Notes under the pieces: generated by a model
Databases searched by the model: none
Told to the model about the DNA's origin: nothing
The model's input: the letters and a program-made list of their open reading frames with translations, nothing else
Made by a program: the position numbers and the translations under genes
Assembly (NCBI GenBank): GCA_019115705.1
Contig: DXDB01000177.1
Coordinates: 3,051-67,050, forward strand
Direction of reading: 5' to 3'
Length of the DNA stretch: 64,000 bases
Source: Candidatus Tetragenococcus pullicola
Lineage (GTDB): Bacteria; Bacillota; Bacilli; Lactobacillales; Enterococcaceae
In this document: one piece after another, positions 57,360 to 64,000 of the stretch
Position numbering within the stretch: the stretch's first letter is position 1
Layout: every line of letters begins with the position of its first letter

Positions 57360-57406
57360 AGTCCATTGAAACTAACTATAGTTTAAACGAGATCTACATC
57401 TTCAAT

Positions 57407-57444
57407 TAAAAAACTAGAAGGCAAGCAGAGCCTTCTAGTTTTTT
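57407..57444. terminator. bidirectional intrinsic terminator (after gyrA and the DUF898 gene)
   Basis: AAAAAACTAGAAGGC, 8 nt, GCCTTCTAGTTTTTT. Confidence 0.85.
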
Positions 57445-57448
57445 AATG

Positions 57449-59932
57449 CTATTCTTCTTTTTCTGTTTCTTTTTCTGTTTCTTGTTCTGTTTCTTCTTCT
57501 ATTTCTTCTGGTTCAACAATTGCCATTGTCACTACTTTCGTATCTTCTTCCATTTTCATTAAGCGAACACCTAAAGTTGCTCGACCGGTTTGAGAAACAG
57601 AATCAACATGGAAACGAATGAGAACCCCTCGATCAGTGATCAACAACACATCTTCATCACCTTTTACCGTGGTCAAACCAGCGAGAGGACCATTTTTCTC
57701 GGTAATATTTGCTGTCTTGATTCCTTTACCACCGCGACCTTTGATTGGATATTCACTACTTTTTGTTCGTTTTCCATAGCCATTTTCAGTGATAACTAGT
57801 ACTTCATCATCACTTTCAATGATAGATGCCCCGATCACATAGTCTTGTTCACGTAAACGGATGCCTCGAACACCAGCAGCGGTACGTCCCATATTGCGAA
57901 CAGCATCTTCTTTAAAGGTTACTGTATAGCCATTATGCGTACCAATAATGACTGCATTATTTCCATTGGTTTGTAAGACCTTGACTAGTTCATCATTTTC
58001 TTTCAAGCCAACGGCAATCAGACCATTACTACGAATGTTAGAAAATGCTTTAACATCGGTTCGTTTGACGACTCCTAATTTAGTGATATAAAATAGATAA
58101 CTTTCTTCTTGTGATTGTTGGTTCACGGCTATCACTGTTTGGATTTTTTCACTTGAATCCACACCTAATAAATTAATCACTGGGATACCTTTTGCTGTTC
58201 GGCCGTACTCAGGGATTTCATATCCTTTGGCACGATAAACTTTCCCTTTGTTAGTAAAGAACAACAAAGTATCATGGGTCGAACAAGAAACTAAGTCTTG
58301 AACAAAGTCTTCATCGTGGACGCCCATTCCTTGAACGCCTCGTCCCCCTCTGTTTTGGGCACGAAACTCAGAATTTGCAAGTCGTTTGATATAGCCATTA
58401 TTCGTTAAAGTAATGATGATTTCTTCTTCTTCGATTAAATCTTCATCTTCTAAGCTTAATACTTCTCCGACCAATAACTCCGTCCGACGTTTATCTCCAA
58501 AACGAGAACCAATTTCGTGCAACTCGGTTTGAATGATTTCTAAGACACGTTCTGGTTTTGCTAAAATGTCTGTTAAATCAGCAATCTGCGTTAGCAAATC
58601 TTGATATTCATTTTCAATTTTGTCTCGTTCCAAACCGGTCAAACGACGTAACCGCATGTCCAAAATGGCTTGTGCTTGTCGATCAGATAGTTTGAAACGC
58701 TCCATCATGGTATCTTTGGCTTGTGTATCAGTATCTGAGCCACGAATGATGGCAATAATTTCATCGATATGATCTAAAGCAATGCGCAATCCTTCTAAAA
58801 TATGTGCTCTTGCTTCAGCTTTTTCTTTTTCAAAAATTGTCCGACGGGTGATGACGTCTTTTTGGTGTTCTAAATAGTCTTCTAAAATTCGTTTCAAACT
58901 AAGAATACGAGGAATCCCATTTTCGATGGCTAACATATTAAAACCGAAAGAAGATTGCAAAGCCGTTAATTTATAAAGATTATTCAAAATAACGGTAGCA
59001 CTCATGTCACGCCGTACATCGATTACGATGCGCATGCCTTCTCGAGAAGATTCATCACGTAAAGTAGTGATCCCTTCTAATTTCTTTTCTTGATGAAGGC
59101 CATGGATTCGTTCGATCAATTTTGCTTTGTTGACCATATAAGGCAATTCGGTAATTAAAATCCGTTCTTTGCCATTTGCCATTTCAGTTATTTCGACTTT
59201 TCCACGAACAGTAATTGTTCCTTTTCCTGTTTCATAAGCTCGTCGAATCCCAGATTTTCCCATTACAATTCCGCCAGTCGGAAAATCCGGTCCCGGCAAA
59301 GCTTCCATCAATTCATTGGTAGTTACTTCAGGGTTTTCTACCAACAAATCTATGGCAGCAATCACTTCGTTTAAGTTGTGGGGTGGGATATTGGTTGCCA
59401 TTCCAACTGCAATTCCCGTCGTTCCATTCACTAAAAGATTAGGAAAACGGGCAGGTAAGACTTGTGGCTCTTGTTCAGTATCATCGTAGTTTCCAACAAA
59501 ATCCACGGTATTTTTATTAATATCTCGCAACATTTCAACAGCCATTTTACTCATGCGGGCTTCGGTGTAACGCATGGCTGCTGCACTATCGCCATCGACA
59601 GAACCAAAGTTTCCGTGGCCATCGACTAAAAGGTAGCGATAACTAAACGGCTGTGCCATTCGAACCATTGATTCATAAATGGCAACGTCACCATGGGGAT
59701 GGTATTTCCCCATGACATCACCGACAATACGAGCCGATTTCTTATGGGCTTTATCTGGTGTCACGCCTAATTCATTCATGCCATATAAAATACGACGGTG
59801 AACTGGTTTTAAACCATCACGAACATCAGGCAAAGCTCGCGCTACAATAACGCTCATTGCATAATCGATAAATGAATCTTGCATTTCACTGGTTAAATTG
59901 ACTTCATTCACATGTTTTTCTTGATCTTCCAA
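57449..59932 (-). CDS. gyrA: DNA gyrase subunit A
   Basis: QRDR context [20 protein letters not shown], catalytic AAMRYTE, and a C-terminal beta-pinwheel plus an acidic E/T-rich tail. Confidence 0.98.
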   Translation of the reverse strand: MEDQEKHVNEVNLTSEMQDSFIDYAMSVIVARALPDVRDGLKPVHRRILYGMNELGVTPDKAHKKSARIVGDVMGKYHPHGDVAIYESMVRMAQPFSYRYLLVDGHGNFGSVDGDSAAAMRYTEARMSKMAVEMLRDINKNTVDFVGNYDDTEQEPQVLPARFPNLLVNGTTGIAVGMATNIPPHNLNEVIAAIDLLVENPEVTTNELMEALPGPDFPTGGIVMGKSGIRRAYETGKGTITVRGKVEITEMANGKERILITELPYMVNKAKLIERIHGLHQEKKLEGITTLRDESSREGMRIVIDVRRDMSATVILNNLYKLTALQSSFGFNMLAIENGIPRILSLKRILEDYLEHQKDVITRRTIFEKEKAEARAHILEGLRIALDHIDEIIAIIRGSDTDTQAKDTMMERFKLSDRQAQAILDMRLRRLTGLERDKIENEYQDLLTQIADLTDILAKPERVLEIIQTELHEIGSRFGDKRRTELLVGEVLSLEDEDLIEEEEIIITLTNNGYIKRLANSEFRAQNRGGRGVQGMGVHDEDFVQDLVSCSTHDTLLFFTNKGKVYRAKGYEIPEYGRTAKGIPVINLLGVDSSEKIQTVIAVNQQSQEESYLFYITKLGVVKRTDVKAFSNIRSNGLIAVGLKENDELVKVLQTNGNNAVIIGTHNGYTVTFKEDAVRNMGRTAAGVRGIRLREQDYVIGASIIESDDEVLVITENGYGKRTKSSEYPIKGRGGKGIKTANITEKNGPLAGLTTVKGDEDVLLITDRGVLIRFHVDSVSQTGRATLGVRLMKMEEDTKVVTMAIVEPEEIEEETEQETEKETEKEE

Positions 59933-59953
59933 AAAATTTCGCTCCTTTCTTTA

Positions 59954-61903
59954 TTAAATATCTAAATTCTTCACGTAATGAGCATTTTCTTCAATAAAGT
60001 TTCTTCTAGGTTCCACATGATCGCCCATCAACATTTCAAAAATACGATCAGCTTCAATAGCATCATCGACATTGACACGTAACATCAAGCGATTTTCTGG
60101 ATTCATGGTCGTTTCCCATAATTGATGTTCGTCCATTTCTCCTAGCCCCTTGTATCGTTGAACAGAAGGTTTTGGACTTTTTGGCAAAGAATCTATGACC
60201 TGACGCAAATTTTCTTCCGCATTTTTTCCAGGTTGGACATATTCAATATTCTTTCCTTGCTTCACGCCATAAAGAGGTGGTTGTGCTATATAGACATAAC
60301 CTGCTTCGACAACCGGTCGCATATAGCGATAAAAAAGCGTTAATAGTAAGGTTCTAATGTGGGCACCGTCCACATCGGCATCGGTCATAATAACCAATTT
60401 GTGGTAACGTGCTTTTGAAACATCAAAATCAGCGCCAAATCCTGTTCCCATAGCAGTAAATAACGAACGGATTTCTTCATTGGCTAAAATTTTATCCATA
60501 CTGGCTTTTTCGACGTTCAATATTTTTCCGCGAATGGGTAAAATTGCTTGAAATTCACGGCTGCGTCCTTGTTTAGCCGAACCACCGGCAGAGTCTCCTT
60601 CGACAATGAACAATTCACATTGTGACGGATCATTACTTGAGCAATCGGCTAATTTTCCAGGCAAATTACTGATTTCTAAGCCACTTTTTTTCCGAGTAAC
60701 TTCACGGGCGCGTTTAGCAGCTAAGCGTGCTTTTGATGCTAAGATCCCTTTTTCAATGATTTTACGACCGACACTCGGATTTTCCATCAAAAATTTCAAG
60801 AAATGTTCAGAAAACAAACGGTCCACAACTGTTCTTACTTCAGAATTCCCTAATTTCGTTTTTGTTTGTCCTTCAAATTGAGGATCAGGGTGCTTGATAG
60901 AAACCACAGCCGTTAATCCTTCACGAACATCTTCACCTGAAAGATTATCTTCATTTTCTTTCATTAATTTTTGTTTTCGGGCATAATCATTGATAACTCT
61001 TGTCAGAGCTGTTTTGAAACCCGATTCATGGGTTCCGCCTTCGTAGGTGTGGATATTGTTAGCAAAACTAAGTAAATTACAATGATAATTATCTGTGTAT
61101 TGTATGGAAACTTCAACAGCTATATCTTGTTGCTGACCTTCTAAATAAATTGGCTCAGGAAATAGCACATTTTTATTGGCATTTAAATATTCAACATAAC
61201 TCTTAATACCACCTTCATAGTGGTATTCACGTTTAACTGCTTCTTCTTCTCGTTGGTCTTCAATTGAGATATGCAAGCCACGATTTAAAAAGGCTAACTC
61301 TCGAATACGAACGGATAATTTTTCAAAATCAAATGCTATTGTTTCTTTAAAGATTTCAGTATCTGGTACAAAGTGGACTTCTGTTCCATGGCGATCGGTC
61401 TCACCGATGATTTTTAGATCATCGCCCACTTTTCCACGATGGTATTCTTGGTAGTAAATATTCCCGCCTTTAAACACCTTTACGCTTAACAAAGAGGATA
61501 AGGCATTCACAACAGAAGAGCCTACACCATGCAGACCACCTGAAACTTTATAGCCGCCTCCACCAAATTTACCGCCGGCGTGTAAAATGGTAAATACCGT
61601 TTCTACTGCCGGACGTCCTGTTTTTGATTGGATATCAACTGGAATTCCACGACCATTATCGGTTACTGTAATACTATTATCTTTTTCAACGACTACTTCA
61701 ATATGAGTCGCAAATCCAGCTAGCGCCTCATCAATCGAATTATCAACGATTTCCCACACTAAATGGTGGAGTCCTTCAGAACTAGTGGAGCCAATATACA
61801 TTCCTGGGCGTTTACGAACGGCTTCTAATCCCTCTAAAACTTGAATTTGACTCGCATCATAGGCCTGAGCGCGCGTTAGCATATCTTTTTCTTCGTCTGT
61901 CAC
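59954..61903 (-). CDS. gyrB: DNA gyrase subunit B
   Basis: GHKL ATPase ([16 protein letters not shown]), Toprim (EGDSAGGS) and [10 protein letters not shown]-type motifs. The GTG start directly abuts the recF stop (TAAGTG). Confidence 0.98.
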   Translation of the reverse strand: MTDEEKDMLTRAQAYDASQIQVLEGLEAVRKRPGMYIGSTSSEGLHHLVWEIVDNSIDEALAGFATHIEVVVEKDNSITVTDNGRGIPVDIQSKTGRPAVETVFTILHAGGKFGGGGYKVSGGLHGVGSSVVNALSSLLSVKVFKGGNIYYQEYHRGKVGDDLKIIGETDRHGTEVHFVPDTEIFKETIAFDFEKLSVRIRELAFLNRGLHISIEDQREEEAVKREYHYEGGIKSYVEYLNANKNVLFPEPIYLEGQQQDIAVEVSIQYTDNYHCNLLSFANNIHTYEGGTHESGFKTALTRVINDYARKQKLMKENEDNLSGEDVREGLTAVVSIKHPDPQFEGQTKTKLGNSEVRTVVDRLFSEHFLKFLMENPSVGRKIIEKGILASKARLAAKRAREVTRKKSGLEISNLPGKLADCSSNDPSQCELFIVEGDSAGGSAKQGRSREFQAILPIRGKILNVEKASMDKILANEEIRSLFTAMGTGFGADFDVSKARYHKLVIMTDADVDGAHIRTLLLTLFYRYMRPVVEAGYVYIAQPPLYGVKQGKNIEYVQPGKNAEENLRQVIDSLPKSPKPSVQRYKGLGEMDEHQLWETTMNPENRLMLRVNVDDAIEADRIFEMLMGDHVEPRRNFIEENAHYVKNLDI

Positions 61904-63025
61904 TTACACTTTCTTCCCTTCTATTTTTCCTTGATGTACATAATATATTTCCGGTTCAAGCGTCATTTTTTCTTTTAAATGTTCTAAAGTTGTTGTTGTT
62001 AAAAAGGTTTGGACTTTTCCTTCAATCGCTTCTAGTAAATGCAATTGTCGAGAATCATCTAATTCGCTCATCACATCATCTAAAAGCAAAAGTGGGTACT
62101 CGTCAGTTTCTTCTTTGATCAAATCAATTTCTGCCAATTTTACACTTAGCGCAGTGGTTCGTTGTTGTCCTTGTGAACCATACGTCTGAACATCTTTGCC
62201 GTTAATAAAAAAACGTAAATCATCACGATGTGGACCAGCTAAAGTCACTTGTCGGAAACGTTCTTTTTGTTGAACATTTTTTAATGTTTTTTCAAAAGCT
62301 GAGCGAACTTCTGATAAATCTTGCCAAGTCTTTGGCTCAATTGTTGATACATACTGGATCTTGAGTTCCTCTTTTTTTTGACTGATGGTTTGGTGAAGCT
62401 CGTTGGCCCAATATTCTAGACGTTCAACAAAATGGTGTCTTGTCATCAATACCTTTGCGCCATAGTCAACCAATTGATTGGTCAAAATATCTAAATATAA
62501 GACATCGGTTGCTTTTTTCTCTGCCAGCTGTTTTAAATAGTGATTCCGTTGTTTTAATACTTTCTGGTAAGAAACAAGATCATAAAGATAGATTGAATCA
62601 ATTTGTCCAATTTCCATATCTAAAAATTTACGTCTTAATTGGGGGCTGCCTTTTACTAGGGAAAGATCTTCTGGGGCAAATAAGATGACATTGAGTTGAC
62701 CAACATAGCTACTCAACTTTTTTTGCTCGATATGATTGACTTTTGTTTTGCGTCCTTTTTTTGTTAAATAAAGTTCTAAAGGAAATGCAGCATGTTTTTT
62801 CTCGATTGCGGCACATATGTATGCTTGAGCTTGATCCCAACGAATTAGTTCTTGCTCATTATTGGTACGATGACTACGAGTCATAGCAGCAACATAGATA
62901 CTTTCTAATAAATTTGTTTTTCCTTGAGCATTTTCTCCTAAAAAAAGGATCAAATTTCCACTAAAAGTAAGGGATTGATTTTCATAATTTCGAAAGTTTT
63001 TGATTGTCAATTCATTCAGACGCAT
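61904..63025 (-). CDS. recF: DNA replication and repair protein RecF
   Basis: Walker A GENAQGKTN, SMC-like signature SQGQQR and Walker B LLLLDDVMSELD. Confidence 0.95.
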   Translation of the reverse strand: MRLNELTIKNFRNYENQSLTFSGNLILFLGENAQGKTNLLESIYVAAMTRSHRTNNEQELIRWDQAQAYICAAIEKKHAAFPLELYLTKKGRKTKVNHIEQKKLSSYVGQLNVILFAPEDLSLVKGSPQLRRKFLDMEIGQIDSIYLYDLVSYQKVLKQRNHYLKQLAEKKATDVLYLDILTNQLVDYGAKVLMTRHHFVERLEYWANELHQTISQKKEELKIQYVSTIEPKTWQDLSEVRSAFEKTLKNVQQKERFRQVTLAGPHRDDLRFFINGKDVQTYGSQGQQRTTALSVKLAEIDLIKEETDEYPLLLLDDVMSELDDSRQLHLLEAIEGKVQTFLTTTTLEHLKEKMTLEPEIYYVHQGKIEGKKV

Positions 63026-63251
63026 CCGTTATGTCCTCTCGTACCATAAAAAAAGTACCTTCATCAGGTATCTCGATCCGCATGCCTTCATATAATTTTC
63101 GTCCACGGCGATTTTCTAACTCATCGTCTACATAAACAACATTTTCTGATAAATACCATTTGGCTTGACCACCGCTAGAAATAACGTTAATTTCTTTTAG
63201 TAATTGACCTAGAGTCATATAGTCCGTTTTCAAAACAATTTGTTGTTTCAT
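63012..63251 (-). CDS. yaaA: S4-domain RNA-binding protein YaaA
   Basis: 79 aa, ITLGQLLK...GGQAKWYL S4-like motif, in the conserved dnaN-yaaA-recF position. Confidence 0.85.
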   Translation of the reverse strand: MKQQIVLKTDYMTLGQLLKEINVISSGGQAKWYLSENVVYVDDELENRRGRKLYEGMRIEIPDEGTFFMVREDITDASE

Positions 63252-63380
63252 TGATTCCCCTCGATTCTGCTAGGATCATACCCTATTATTATACCCTTTT
63301 TTTAGGAAAAATACAAATAAATGCGCGTATTTTCTTCTCTAAGAAGAGTTTTATCTTTTTAAGGTTTTTGTTAAAAAATA

Positions 63381-63416
63381 AAAAAAGGGCTCAAATCAAA
63401 ATTTAAGCCCTTTTTA
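63381..63416 (-). terminator. intrinsic terminator after dnaN
   Basis: AAAAAGGGCT, 14 nt, AGCCCTTTTT plus a T-rich tail. Confidence 0.5.
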
Positions 63417-63446
63417 CTAGTTTTTTATATTTTAACAATCTTTTTA

Positions 63447-64000
63447 TTAATTGGTCCGTACCGGTGTGATCAGTTGAATAAATTCACTTTCTGATTCACT
63501 TGGTTCTAGCGTGAACGGACGTATTGGCGAAATAAAGCGGATAGTAATCATACTGTCACCAAAAGCTCTTAAAGCATCTTTCATGTAATCTGGATTAAAG
63601 GACAATTCCAAAGGTTCTCCAGTAACTTTTTCAAACGTCAAATCTTCTTCTACTTTTCCGACTTCCGGTGAATTACTATACAATAACACCCCATCTTGAG
63701 CAATGTGTAAGCGAACAATATTGTTTCTTCCTTCATGGGATAGTAACGAAGCTCGCTCAATAGCAGCTAGTAATTGAGGACCTCTCACTTCTAATTCAGT
63801 ATTAAATTGTGTAGGAATCAAGCGATTCGTGTCTGGGTATTTTCCTTCTAGTAATCGCGAATAAAATTTCATTCGTTCGGTCTCAAAAAGAGCCTGATTT
63901 TCCATAATATTCACTTTTACTACATCCTCTTCATTTAAAAGGGAGCGCGAAAGTTCCGTTAAACTTTTTCCTGGAATCACAATATCAAATTGTTCTTCAT
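63447..64000 (-). CDS. dnaN: DNA polymerase III beta sliding clamp, C-terminal part (the gene continues past the right edge)
   Basis: The C-terminal domain sequence ...FNPDYMKDALRAF...RPFTLEP...QLITPVRT is typical of DnaN. The frame is open to position 64000. Confidence 0.95.
   Translation of the reverse strand, partial: EEQFDIVIPGKSLTELSRSLLNEEDVVKVNIMENQALFETERMKFYSRLLEGKYPDTNRLIPTQFNTELEVRGPQLLAAIERASLLSHEGRNNIVRLHIAQDGVLLYSNSPEVGKVEEDLTFEKVTGEPLELSFNPDYMKDALRAFGDSMITIRFISPIRPFTLEPSESESEFIQLITPVRTN

Noticed and set aside
63252-63446. DnaA boxes (TTATCCACA) or oriC elements in the dnaN-yaaA spacer and elsewhere in the window.
   Set aside because: I noticed none. oriC is expected upstream of dnaN, outside the window.
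1-64000. CRISPR arrays, tRNA or rRNA genes, intact IS elements, integrases, prophage or defence-system genes.
   Set aside because: No regularly spaced direct repeats, no GGTTCGAATCC-type tRNA T-arms, and no transposase, integrase, restriction or Cas-like ORFs were seen on either strand.

Overview
The window is a roughly 64 kb origin-proximal chromosome segment of a low-GC Firmicute. Gene content and order look Lactobacillales/Enterococcaceae-like, but the taxon is inference only. The right end carries the classic dnaN-yaaA-recF-gyrB-gyrA block, so oriC should lie just beyond position 64000. About four fifths of the genes are on the minus strand, co-directional with replication.

Housekeeping content, right to left:
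- rpsF-ssb-rpsR, then gdpP-rplI-dnaB, purA and degV.
- An ABC-F ATPase, a deoxynucleoside kinase, proBA, dut, radA and yacL.
- gltX, then a Cys T-box leading cysE-cysS-mrnC-rlmB-yacP-sigH.
- veg and mscL, then ymfF-ymfH-rodZ-pgsA-cinA-recA-rny.
- A trehalose locus: PTS treP divergent from trePP-pgmB-treR.
- ispE, a Zur-box-controlled znuCB, purR, ndk and glmU.

No rRNA gene, tRNA gene, CRISPR array, intact IS or prophage was seen. I did not find a convincing complete novel multi-gene system such as a defence island.

What does stand out:
1. Three consensus parS sites, one of them in the rpsF-ssb spacer.
2. A patchily GC-enriched mosaic at 37.06-40.9 kb. It starts with a group II intron 5' fragment behind a hairpin, followed by decayed ABC and Nudix genes and an intact proBA.
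3. A gdpP orthologue lacking its TM/PAS N-terminus, next to a 3.6 kb replacement segment of gene fragments and small membrane ORFs.
4. A conserved ~31 bp element present in two otherwise unrelated long non-coding gaps that coincide with synteny breaks.
5. A recurrent CCTAGGTATTAC-type palindromic motif in intergenic hairpins.
6. Tandem NrdR boxes in front of a deoxynucleoside kinase.
7. An APH-family kinase plus a degraded mazEF-like pair sitting where Bacillus has ispD-ispF.
8. An unusually high density of decayed genes.

All functional calls rest on motif and family recognition by eye and on synteny. No database search was run.
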